Source: Mytilus trossulus (lineage: Eukaryota). From it: 64,000 bases of DNA. The notes beneath the pieces are model-generated. The model was given only the letters and a program-made list of their open reading frames with translations. It did not search any database and had not been told where the DNA came from. Shown piece after piece: positions 12,901 to 24,204 of the stretch. The translations under genes and the position numbers were made by a program. The stretch is from NCBI RefSeq assembly GCF_036588685.1, contig NW_026963290.1, positions 5,332,001 through 5,396,000 of the forward strand. Reading direction: 5' to 3'. How positions within the stretch are numbered: the first letter of the stretch is position 1; each line of letters opens with the position of its first letter.

Positions 12901-14648
12901 GTGACGCTCATATCAAAATATTTATAAAGCCAAACAAGTACGAAGTTGTAGAGCATTAAGGATCCAAAATTCCAAAAAGTTGTGCCAAATACGGCTAAGG
13001 TAATCTATTCCTGGGATAAGAAAATCCTTAGTTTTTCGAAAATTCAAAGTTTTATATTCAGGAAATTTATAAAAATGACCACATAATTGAAATCCATGTA
13101 CACACCGAAGTGCTGACTACTGGGCTGGTGATACCCTCGGGGACGAAACGTCCACCAGCAGTGGCATCGACCCAGTGGTGTAAATAGTTATCAAAGGTAC
13201 CAGGTTTATAATTTAGTACGCCAGACGCGCGTTTCGTCTACATCAGACTCATCAGTGACGCTCATATCAAAATATTTATAAAGCCAAACAAGTACGAAGT
13301 TGTAGAGCATTGAGGATCCAAAATTCCAAAAAGTTGTGCCAAATACGGCTAAGGTAATCTATTCCTGGGATAAGAAAATCCTTAGTTTTTCGAAAATTCA
13401 AAGTTTTATATTCAGGAAATTTATAAAAATGACCACATAATTGATATCCATGTCAACACCGAAGTGCTGACTACTGGGCTGGTGATACCCTCGGGGACGA
13501 AACGTCCACCAGCAGTGGCATCGACCCAGTTGTGTAAATAGTTATCAAAGGTACCAGGATTATAATTTAGTACGCCAGATGCGCGTTTCGTCTACATAAG
13601 ACTCACCAGTGACGCTCATATCAAAATATTCATAAAGCCAAACAAGTACGAAGTTGTAGAGCATTGAGGATCCAAAATTCCAAAAAGTTGTGCCAAATAC
13701 GGCTAAGGCAATCTATTCCTGGGATAAGAAAATCCTTAGTTTTTCGAAAATTCAAAGTTTTATATTCAGGAAATTTATAAAAATGACCACATAATTGATA
13801 TTCATGTCAACACCGAAGTGCTGACTACTGAGCTGGTGATACCCTCGGGGACGAAACGTCCACCAGCAGTGGCATCGACCCAGTGGTGTAAATAGTTATC
13901 AAAGGTACCAGGATTATAATTTAGTACGCCAGACGCGCGTTTCGTCTACATAAGACTCATCAGTGACGCTCATATCAAAATATTTATAAAGCCAAACAAG
14001 TACGAAGTTGTAGAGCATTAAGGATCCAAAATTCCAAAAAGTTGTGCCAAATACGGCTAAGGTAATCTATTCCTGGGATAAGAAAATCCTTAGTTTTTCG
14101 AAAATTCAAAGTTTTATATTCAGGAAATTTATAAAAATGACCACATAATTGAAATCCATGTACACACCGAAGTGCTGACTACTGGGCTGGTGATACCCTC
14201 GGGGACGAAACGTCCACCAGCAGTGGCATCGACCCAGTGGTGTAAATAGTTATCAAAGGTACCAGGTTTATAATTTAGTACGCCAGACGCGCGTTTCGTC
14301 TACATCAGACTCATCAGTGACGCTCATATCAAAATATTTATAAAGCCAAACAAGTACGAAGTTGTAGAGCATTGAGGATCCAAAATTCCAAAAAGTTGTG
14401 CCAAATACGGCTAAGGTAATCTATTCCTGGGATAAGAAAATCCTTAGTTTTTCGAAAATTTAAAGTTTTATATTCAGGAAATTTATAAAAATGACCACAT
14501 AATTGATATTCATGTCAACACCGAAGTGCTGACTACTGGGCTGGTGATACCCTCGGGGACGAAACGTCCACCAGCAGTGGCATCGACCCAGTGGTGTAAA
14601 TAGTTATCAAAGGTACCAGGATTATAATTTAGTACGCCAGACGCGCGT
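9995..14648 (-). repeat. 354-bp tandem array (13 units plus a partial unit) of hammerhead-containing non-LTR retrozyme
   Basis: gttatcaaaggtacc recurs every 354 bp from 10001 to 14603; each unit has a type I hammerhead on the minus strand. Confidence 0.9.
10386..10429 (-). ncRNA. Type I hammerhead ribozyme (unit 2 shown; repeats every 354 bp from 10032-10075 to 14280-14323)
   Basis: Minus strand GCGTCA-CTGATGA-GTCT(tatgt)AGAC-GAA-ACGCGCGT-C^TGGCGT: canonical core, stems I and II, palindromic stem III, GUC cleavage triplet. Confidence 0.9.
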
Positions 14649-15555
14649 ATAAAAAAATGGGGATTTGTAACACTTCGGACAATAACTCAAAAAGGCTTTC
14701 ACCAATGTCCATGAAACTTTGGTGAATTGTTTATAACTATTGATGTAAGCTCTCTTTCATTTTTTATAAATTTCAGATTTAAAGTTTTGGATTTATGGGG
14801 CTTTATTCATAAATAAAGGGGGATTTTTAACACTTCGGACAATTACTCAAAAAGGCTTTCACCAATGTCCATGAAACTTTGGTGAATTGTTTATATCTAT
14901 TGATGTAAGCTCCCTTTCAATTTTTATAAATTTCAGGTTTTTACATTTCCGTGTTATGAATTTTAATGCTTAAAAAAGGGGGGGATTTTTAATTTTGGGA
15001 CAATAACTAACACTTTCACAAAATTTTATATATGGATGAAAAATTAAGACAACAAACTTTGTTAAATTTGAGGTAGCTTTAATAGTGCTTATTTTTTTGT
15101 GCATTTTTATTTATTATTTGGGGGGGGGGGGGGGGTGGTATATGACAGGGCTCACACTATTTCTAGTTGATCATATGAATTCATTTAAAGCATAAAAGAC
15201 AAGTTAAAAGAGCAACGGGCGTATCTTGCGCTAAAGCGCAGCCCTTTATTAGCCATGGCGTTGTCAATTTATTTTCGATTGATGAGTTTGACTGTCCTTC
15301 TGGTATCTTTCGTCCCTCTTTTAAAAAGTTCTAGTCAACTGAGATGACTAATTGAAAGAAACGAAATTTAAATCAAAACTAATTATAATTACTTTTCTAT
15401 AGATAGAGGCAATCTGATTAAATTTAAATCTAAGATTTAATTTTAATTAGATTGAAGATAGAGGCAACAGTAGTTTTATCGCTGTTCAAAAGTCATAAAT
15501 CGATTGAAAGATTGAGATTGTACGTTATGTTTTTATCTTATAAAGAAGAGGCAAC

Positions 15556-16864
15556 AAGTAATCAAAAGGGATGAAAATGATATATTTAAGGCATCGCCAA
15601 CCACACAAGGATTCGATAAAGATCGACCACAAGCAATGCCTTCATCTGAAAAATATTTAACAAAAATAAGACTTGATGTTGAACTAAAAGCACTTCTTGG
15701 GTTTTTATTTCAAATATACATTTAATTGATGAATTCAACAACAATTATCGTTAACTTAATGATATTTTTTCGTTAAATAACAAGAATTCTATAAATAAAC
15801 TGCTGAAATTTACGCAAAGGAACCTACTTTGAACAAATCAAATGTTTACAAGTCCTTAAAATAGGAACGAAATATACCAAATGGACAGTCAAACTCATAA
15901 ATCTAAAACAAATTGACAACGCCATGGCTAAAATGAAACAGACAAAAAGACAAACAATAGTACACATGACACAACATGGAAAACCAAAGAATAAACAACA
16001 CAAACCCACCAAAAACTAGGTGTGATCTCAAGTGCTCAGAATTTTTCAGTGATGTTAACCGACACAGGAACTGCGAGTACTCTAGATCTGTACTCAGACT
16101 CTCAGATCTGTTACTAGTGCCTTCTTTGTTGTAAAGGGATGAGGGCTGAATACAGACCATACCATGTGCGATCTGTGTTTTGGTTTGTTTCATAAAATAT
16201 GTCCTGTACCAAGTCAGGAATATGGAAGTTGTTATCAAATAGCCCGCTTCTATGATCGATGGAGTTTGTTTTTGTAGTAGTTCAGTGCCTCTGTAGTTCC
16301 GTTCTTTCCCTCTTATAGTTGATGTGTTTCCCTTGGATTTGGTTTGTGACCCAGATTGGTTTTAGTTAAATCAATTTATGACTATTATTCAGCTGTACAC
16401 TACTTTTTGCATCCCCTTCATTTGGTGTATAATTGTCAATTTGGCAATCATACCACCTCTCATTTTTTTGATATTGCCAAAATCTTTCGAAAACAAAATC
16501 TTCATTTTCTTAGGCCCTTTTCAAAAGAAAGTTCAAAACTTTTTACATCGTCTAAATATCAAAGACATCTTCCAATCGATAGCATTTTAAAACAATTTTG
16601 ATAATTCTTTCAAAAACAACAAGGTACATTTCACAGGTTAAAATGCATTATTTTTATTTAAAACAATCAATAATGGTAAGTAAAAATGGTTTCGTTTTCA
16701 TCAACTAAACAATAACCGAAATCTAGGTCGATCGTACTAAACCATTTATTCTAAAAAAAAATATGGAAAACGTATCTATTAGGTACAAAGGATAACCATC
16801 CATGCTAGTCATGAGAGTTAGATCCCTATAGTCAGTACAGAACCCTCAAAAACTCTAGAGACTA
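15556..16864 (+). repeat. Left arm of a ~1.3-kb inverted repeat
   Basis: Reverse complement of 17690-19012; mirrored near-identical ORFs in the track (15903-16238 minus vs 18358-18666 plus; 16378-16590 plus vs 17934-18197 minus). Confidence 0.9.
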
Positions 16865-17263
16865 TAACTATACTCACTTTCAACGTTCAACATTTTAATA
16901 TTTTTTTTATTATTCATTTATTTCTGTTTCAGACAAACTGTGGAGGAATCTGTCATCACAAGTACATATGGTGTGCTTAACTGTCAGTGTGGTATTATAA
17001 TAAATAAGGCAAAAATATGTCTTAAAATTTAAAAATGAGTCTCTCTATATCCTCTTTGTTTGCTCGCAAAATTTAGAGGAAACTTTGCAAAATATATGAT
17101 TTGTTGAACTCCAAAGGCTAATAATTTAATTTTGGAAGTAACGCGTCTCCTGATTGGCTGACGTTATTTTGTTATGAGCCCATATACATAATTCAGTCAT
17201 GTGACCGTGACGTCGTTTTTTCATGGTTTTCTACGGTTTAAAATGGAATTTAGAATTAAATTA

Positions 17264-17412
17264 TAAGAATTGTCTGTAATATTTTTTCTGTCTATTCGAA
17301 ATAACATAAAAAATGCACCTGTTAAATAACCCGCTACGCGCGTTATTCAGTGTGCACCAAATTTTTTATGTTATTTCTTCATAGACAGAAAAAATATTAC
17401 AGTCATTCCTTA
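17264..17412. mobile_element. ~150-bp palindromic MITE-like hairpin
   Basis: ctgtaatattttttctgtctat...aaataacataaaaaat pairs with attttttatgttattt...atagacagaaaaaatattacag. Confidence 0.6.
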
Positions 17413-17454
17413 CAGAAATTTTACCTAGGTATTAATTTTTTCCTATGTGTAATC

Positions 17455-17689
17455 ACATAAGCAACACGACGGATGCTACATGTGGAGCAGGATCTGCTTA
17501 CCTTTCCGGAGCACATGAGATCACCCCTAGTGAGGTGGGGTTCGTGTTGTTTATTCTTAAGTTTTCTATGTTGTGTCACGAGTACTATTGTTTTTCTGTT
17601 TGTCTCTTTCATTTTTAGCCATGGCGTTGTCAGTTTGTTTTAGATTTATGAGTTTGACTGTCCCTTTGGTATCTTTCGTCCCTCTTTTT
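17455..17689 (+). mobile_element. 3'-end fragment of the Penelope-like family
   Basis: Matches 9138-9303 + 15251-15322 (gcaacacgac..acatgtggagcaggatctgcttacc..tcgtccctctttt). Confidence 0.7.
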
Positions 17690-19012
17690 TAGTCTCTAGA
17701 GTTTTACTCTGTCAATGGTCAGACATGAGGGTTCTGTACTGACTATAGGGATCTAACTCTCATGACTCACATGGATGGTTACCTTTTGTACCTGATAGAT
17801 ACGTTTTCCATTTTTTTTTTTTAGAATAAATGGTTTAGTACGATCGACCTGGATTCCGGTTATTGTTTAGTTGATGAAAACGAAACCATTTTTACTTACC
17901 ATTATTGATTGTTTTAAATAAAAATAATGCATTTTAACCTGTGAAATGTACCTTGTTGTTTTTGAAAGAATTATCAAAACTGTTTTTAAATGCTATCGAT
18001 TGGAAGATGTCTATGATATTTAGACGATGTAAAAAGTTTTGAACTTTCTTGTGAAAAGGGCCTAAGAAAATGAAGATTTTGTTTTCGAAAGATTTAGGCA
18101 ATATCAAAAAAATGAGAGGTGGTATGATTGCCAAATTGACAATTATACACCAAATGAAGTGGATGCAAAAAGTAGTTAACAGCTGAATAATAGTCATAAA
18201 TTGATTTAACTAAAACCAATCTGGGTCACAAATCAAGGGAAACACATCAACTATAAGAGGGAAAGAACGGAACAACAAAGACACTGAACTACTACAAAAA
18301 ACAAACTCCATCGATCATAGAAGCGGGCTATTTGATAACAACTTCCATATTCCTGACTTGGTACAGAACATATTTTATGAAACAAACCAAAACACAGATC
18401 GCACATGGTATGGTATGTATTCATCCCTCATCCCTAACAACAAAGAAGGCACTAGTAACAGATCTGAGAGTCTGAGTACAGATCTAGAGTACTCGCAGTT
18501 CCTGTGTCGGTTAACATCACTGAAAAATTATGAGCACCTGAGATCACACCTACTTTTTGGTGGGTTTGTGTTGTTTATTCTTTGGTTTTCCATGTTGTGT
18601 CATGTGTACTATTGTTTGTCTGTTTGTCTTTTTCATTTTAGCAACGGCGTGGTCAATTTGTTTTAGATTTATGAGTTTGACTGTCCCTTTGGTATATTTC
18701 GTTCCTCTTTTAAGGACTTGTAAACATTTGATTTGTTCAAAGTAGGTTCCTTTGCGTAAATTTCAGCAGTTTATTTATAGAATTCTTGTTATTTAACGAA
18801 AAATATCATTAAGTTAACGGTAATTGTTGTTGAATTTATCAATTAAATGTATATTTGAAATAAAAACCCAAGAAGTGCTTTTAGTTCAACATTAAGTCTT
18901 ATTTTTGTTAAATCTTTTTCAGATGAAGGCATTGCTTGTGGTCAATCTTTATCGAATCCTTGTATGGTTGGCGATGCCTTAAATATATAATTTTCATCCC
19001 CTTTGATTACTT
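17690..19012 (-). repeat. Right arm of the ~1.3-kb inverted repeat, abutting the tRNA array
   Basis: Reverse complement of 15556-16864 with scattered substitutions and small indels. Confidence 0.9.
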
Positions 19013-19318
19013 TTTCAAGTGACAATAACCTTAGGCGCTAAAACTTTGTTCACCTTTAGTACCCCAGAGCCAAACCTTTGGTAGAAATTATTCATGTTCG
19101 ACTTCTTGTTATCCGCTATTCAACAATTTATTTTTAAATAAAGCAGTCCCAATAGATAGTGTTTAAACCATTCAACTGATTGCTTAGTAGGCTTACAAAC
19201 CAGTGTAACTAATCGAGATGTACTTTATGAAAGTTCTTAATGCTATCAGCAATAGGGGGGATGAATTAAGAGTAAGTGTATTTGAGGCTAACTAGAAGAA
19301 ACTGATAGCAAAAAAAGT

Positions 19319-19392
19319 AGCCTTCAGAGAGAGTCGAACTCTCGACCTCCAGTTTACTAGACTGGCGCTCTAACCAACTGAGCTATGAAGGC
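19319..19392 (-). tRNA. trnT: tRNA-Thr(AGT)
   Basis: GCCTTCA TA GCTC AGTTGGTTA GAGC G CCAGT CT-AGT-AA ACTGG AGGTC GAGAG TTCGACT CTCTC TGAAGGC T: perfect cloverleaf, U73, T7 terminator 2 nt downstream. Confidence 0.97.
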
Positions 19393-19420
19393 TCCATGAT
19401 AAAAGATTTGAAATATTCAA

Positions 19421-19433
19421 TATTTATATCTAG
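19421..19433 (-). promoter_or_regulatory. TATA-like upstream motif of tRNA-Thr (CTAGATATAAATA), repeated in the array units
   Basis: Located -41..-29 from the tRNA 5' end; near-identical motif lies upstream of the tRNA-like element. Confidence 0.55.
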
Positions 19434-19749
19434 ACTTACTCTTCCGTGATCTATGGACAAGTATATACAGGTGCACACTAATAGGCAGAGAAAAACTAGC
19501 ATTGTAGACATTATGCAGTTGCTTCTGTTTCATTTTATCTAAGTATGAGACGACACGGTCGATTTTATGTTGATACATCGATTTGTCTTCCTATTGTGTT
19601 ATCTTATCATATTTACTATTTCTGTTTCTAGGAATATATACTGATAGATGAATTTACAAAACACAATTTCCAATTACCTGCAATTTGTGATGACGCTAAA
19701 TAACCATAACGAAACACTTTGCATGTTTTTTGACGGTCGAATGTTACCG

Positions 19750-19762
19750 CTAGATATAAGTA
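19750..19762 (+). promoter_or_regulatory. TATA-like upstream motif of the tRNA-like element (CTAGATATAAGTA)
   Basis: Located -40..-28 from inferred start 19790; 12/13 identical to the tRNA-Thr upstream motif. Confidence 0.55.
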
Positions 19763-19789
19763 TACAATTCTGATGTCTGAAACTATTCT

Positions 19790-19865
19790 GTCGCCATAGC
19801 TCAGTCGGTTGACGGCCAGACAGGGAATACCGAGGACCGCAGTTCGAATCTCACAATGGGTTTTT
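19790..19865 (+). ncRNA. tRNA-derived Pol III element (pseudo-tRNA or candidate ncRNA); first of 36 copies, starting 471 bp after the low coordinate of the tRNA in uninterrupted units
   Basis: A box TAGCTCAGTCGG, B box GTTCGAATC at tRNA spacing, T5 terminator; colinear with tRNA-Thr (about 48/74 identities by hand) but stems do not pair. Confidence 0.7.
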
Positions 19866-20274
19866 GAATTTGAGAGCGATATTTTTCTCATTGAACTCAA
19901 TGTTTTTGACCTGTGCTATAAGCCAGATCAAACGTTCAATTCACATTTCTGAATTTGCCCGTATAGATTTTCAAGTGACAATAACCGTAGGCGCTAAAAC
20001 TTTGTTCACCTTTAGTACCCCCGAGCCAAACCTTTGGTAGAAATTATTCATGTTCGACTTCTTGTTATCCGCTATTCAACAATTTATTTTCAAATAAAGC
20101 AGTCCCAATAGATAGTGTTTAAACCATTCAACTGATTGCTTAGTAGGCTTACAAACCAGTGTAACTAATCGAGATGTACTTTATGAAAGTTCTTAATGCT
20201 ATCAGCAATAGGGGGGATGAATTGACAGTAAGTGTATTTGAGGCTAACTAGAAGAAACTGATAGCAAAAAAAGT

Positions 20275-20348
20275 AGCCTTCAGAGAGAGTCGAACTCTCG
20301 ACCTCCAGTTTACTAGACTGGCGCTCTAACCAACTGAGCTATGAAGGC
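20275..20348 (-). tRNA. trnT: tRNA-Thr(AGT)
   Basis: Identical array copy. Confidence 0.96.
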
Positions 20349-21230
20349 TCCATGATAAACGATTTGAAATATTCAATATTTATATCTAGACTTACTCTTC
20401 CCTGATCTATGGGCAAGTATATACAGGTGCACACTAATAGGCAGAGAAAAACTAGCATTGTAGACATTATGCAGTTGCTTCTGTTTCATTTTACCTAAGT
20501 ATGAGACGACACGGTCGATTTTATGTTGATACATCGATTTGTCTTCCTATTGTGTTATCTTATCATATTTACTATTTCTGTTTCTAGGAATATATACTGA
20601 TAGATGAATTTACAAAACAGAATTTCCAATTACCTGCAATTTGTGATGACGCTAAATAACCATAACGAAACACTTTGCATGTTTTTTGACGGTCGAATGT
20701 TACCTCTAGATATAAGTATACAATTCTGATGTCTGAAACTATTCTGTCGCCATAGCTCAGTCGGTTGACGGCCAGACAGGGAATACCGAGGACCGCAGTT
20801 CGAATCTCACAATGGGTTTTTGAATTTGAGAGCGATATTTTTCTCATTGAACTCAATGTTTTTGACCTGTGCTATAAGCCAGATCAAACGTTCAATTCAC
20901 ATTTCTGAATTTGCCCGTATAGATTTTCAAGTGACAATAACCGTAGGCGCTAAAACTTTGTTCACCTTTAGTACCCCCGAGCCAAACCTTTGGTAGAAAT
21001 TATTCATGTTCGACTTCTTGTTATCCGCTATTCAACAATTTATTTTCAAATAAAGCAGTCCCAATAGATAGTGTTTAAACCATTCAACTGATTGCTTAGT
21101 AGGCTTACAAACCAGTGTAACTAATCGAGATGTACTTTATGAAAGTTCTTAATGCTATCAGCAATAGGGGGGATGAATTGACAGTAAGTGTATTTGAGGC
21201 TAACTAGAAGAAACTGATAGCAAAAAAAGT

Positions 21231-21304
21231 AGCCTTCAGAGAGAGTCGAACTCTCGACCTCCAGTTTACTAGACTGGCGCTCTAACCAACTGAGCTATGA
21301 AGGC
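21231..21304 (-). tRNA. trnT: tRNA-Thr(AGT)
   Basis: Identical array copy. Confidence 0.96.
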
Positions 21305-22186
21305 TCCATGATAAACGATTGGAAATATTCAATATTTATATCTAGACTTACTCTTCCCTGATCTATGGGCAAGTATATACAGGTGCACACTAATAGGCAG
21401 AGAAAAACTAGCATTGTAGACATTATGCAGTTGCTTCTGTTTCATTTTACCTAAGTATGAGACGACACGGTCGATTTTATGTTGATACATCGATTTGTCT
21501 TCCTATTGTGTTATCTTATCATATTTACTATTTCTGTTTCTAGGAATATATACTGATAGATGAATTTACAAAACACAATTTCCAATTACCTGCAATTTGT
21601 GATGACGCTAAATAACCATAACGAAACACTTTGCATGTTTTTTGACGGTCGAATGTTACCGCTAGATATAAGTATACAATTCTGATGTCTGAAACTATTC
21701 TGTCGCCATAGCTCAGTCGGTTGACGGCCAGACAGGGAATACCGAGGACCGCAGTTCGAATCTCACAATGGGTTTTTGAATTTGAGAGCGATATTTTTCT
21801 CATTGAACTCAATGTTTTTGACCTGTGCTATAAGCCAGATCAAACGTTCAATTCACATTTCTGAATTTGCCCGTATAGATTTTCAAGTGACAATAACCGT
21901 AGGCGCTAAAACTTTGTTCACCTTTAGTACCCCCGAGCCAAACCTTTGGTAGAAATTATTCATGTTCGACTTCTTGTTATCCGCTATTCAACAATTTATT
22001 TTCAAATAAAGCAGTCCCAATAGATAGTGTTTAAACCATTCAACTGATTGCTTAGTAGGCTTACAAACCAGTGTAACTAATCGAGATGTACTTTATGAAA
22101 GTTCTTAATGCTATCAGCAATAGGGGGGATGAATTGACAGTAAGTGTATTTGAGGCTAACTAGAAGAAACTGATAGCAAAAAAAGT

Positions 22187-22260
22187 AGCCTTCAGAGAGA
22201 GTCGAACTCTCGACCTCCAGTTTACTAGACTGGCGCTCTAACCAACTGAGCTATGAAGGC
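22187..22260 (-). tRNA. trnT: tRNA-Thr(AGT)
   Basis: Identical array copy. Confidence 0.96.
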
Positions 22261-23142
22261 TCCATGATAAATGATTTGAAATATTCAATATTTATATCTA
22301 GACTTACTCTTCCGTGATCTATGGGCAAGTATATACAGGTGCACACTAATAGGCAGAGAAAAACTAGCATTGTAGACATTATGCAGTTGCTTCTGTTTCA
22401 TTTTACCTAAGTATGAGACGACACGGTCGATTTTATGTTGATACATCGATTTGTCTTCCTATTGTGTTATCTTATCATATTTACTATTTCTGTTTCTAGG
22501 AATATATACTGATAGATGAATTTACAAAACAGAATTTCCAATTACCTGCAATTTGTGATGACGCTAAATAACCATAACGAAACACTTTGCATGTTTTTTG
22601 ACGGTCGAATGTTACCGCTAAATATAAGTATACAATTCTGATGTCTGAAACTATTCTGTCGCCATAGCTCAGTCGGTTGACGGCCAGACAGGGAATACCG
22701 AGGACCGCAGTTCGAATCTCACAATGGGTTTTTGAATTTGAGAGCGATATTTTTCTCATTGAACTCAATGTTTTTGACCTGTGCTATAAGCCAGATCAAA
22801 CGTTCAATTCACATTTCTGAATTTGCCCGTATAGATTTTCAAGTGACAATAACCGTAGGCGCTAAAACTTTGTTCACCTTTAGTACCCCCGAGCCAAACC
22901 TTTGGTAGAAATTATTCATGTTCGACTTCTTGTTATCCGCTATTCAACAATTTATTTTCAAATAAAGCAGTCCCAATAGATAGTGTTTAAACCATTCAAC
23001 TGATTGCTTAGTAGGCTTACAAACCAGTGTAACTAATCGAGATGTACTTTATGAAAGTTCTTAATGCTATCAGCAATAGGGGGGATGAATTGACAGTAAG
23101 TGTATTTGAGGCTAACTAGAAGAAACTGATAGCAAAAAAAGT

Positions 23143-23216
23143 AGCCTTCAGAGAGAGTCGAACTCTCGACCTCCAGTTTACTAGACTGGCGCTCTAACCA
23201 ACTGAGCTATGAAGGC
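23143..23216 (-). tRNA. trnT: tRNA-Thr(AGT)
   Basis: Identical array copy. Confidence 0.96.
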
Positions 23217-24098
23217 TCCATGATAAATGATTTGAAATATTCAATATTTATATCTAGACTTACTCTTCCGTGATCTATGGGCAAGTATATACAGGTGCAC
23301 ACTAATAGGCAGAGAAAAACTAGCATTGTAGACATTATGCAGTTGCTTCTGTTTCATTTTACCTAAGTATGAGACGACACGGTCGATTTTATGTTGATAC
23401 ATCGATTTGTCTTCCTATTGTGTTATCTTATCATATTTACTATTTCTGTTTCTAGGAATATATACTGATAGATGAATTTACAAAACACAATTTCCAATTA
23501 CCTGCAATTTGTGATGACGCTAAATAACCATAACGAAACACTTTGCATGTTTTTTGACGGTCGAATGTTACCGCTAGATATAAGTATACAATTCTGATGT
23601 GTGAAACTATTCTGTCGCCATAGCTCAGTCGGTTGACGGCCAGACAGGGAATACCGAGGACCGCAGTTCGAATCTCACAATGGGTTTTTGAATTTGAGAG
23701 CGATATTTTTCTCATTGAACTCAATGTTTTTGACCTGTGCTATAAGCCAGATCAAACGTTCAATTCACATTTCTGAATTTGCCCGTATAGATTTTCAAGT
23801 GACAATAACCGTAGGCGCTAAAACTTTGTTCACCTTTAGTACCCCCGAGCCAAACCTTTGGTAGAAATTATTCATGTTCGACTTCTTGTTATCCGCTATT
23901 CAACAATTTATTTTCAAATAAAGCAGTCCCAATAGATAGTGTTTAAACCATTCAACTGATTGCTTAGTAGGCTTACAAACCAGTGTAACTAATCGAGATG
24001 TACTTTATGAAAGTTCTTAATGCTATCAGCAATAGGGGGGATGAATTGACAGTAAGTGTATTTGAGGCTAACTAGAAGAAACTGATAGCAAAAAAAGT

Positions 24099-24172
24099 AG
24101 CCTTCAGAGAGAGTCGAACTCTCGACCTCCAGTTTACTAGACTGGCGCTCTAACCAACTGAGCTATGAAGGC
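24099..24172 (-). tRNA. trnT: tRNA-Thr(AGT); upstream TATA motif split by a Helentron-type insertion
   Basis: Identical array copy; insertion begins 33 bp upstream. Confidence 0.95.
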
Positions 24173-24204
24173 TCCATGATAAATGATTTGAAATATTCAA
24201 TATT

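Larger units (their letters stand above)
9304..15250 (+). mobile_element. Helentron/DINE-1-like element inserted in a T-run of the Penelope-like tail, itself interrupted by the 354-bp array
   Basis: TACGCCC...GGGCGTA subterminal repeats, (GTCC)n, ~159-bp internal repeats, 3' hairpin TGCGCTaaAGCGCA, no TSD. Confidence 0.8.

Noticed and set aside
9995-14648. CRISPR-like array
   Set aside because: Whole units repeat with no unique spacers; eukaryotic context
15824-18745. Mirrored small ORFs in the inverted repeat arms
   Set aside because: Derived from non-coding repeat fragments; no motifs
19790-19865. Functional tRNA-Pro(GGG) or vault RNA call for the tRNA-like element
   Set aside because: Acceptor, anticodon and T stems do not pair; vault resemblance is limited to generic A/B boxes with no convincing terminal stem
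19628-19900. 90-aa ORF (MSSMRKISL...) repeated in most array units
   Set aside because: Non-ATG start, antisense to the tRNA-like element, broken in several units, no domain; its recurrence just reflects the repeat
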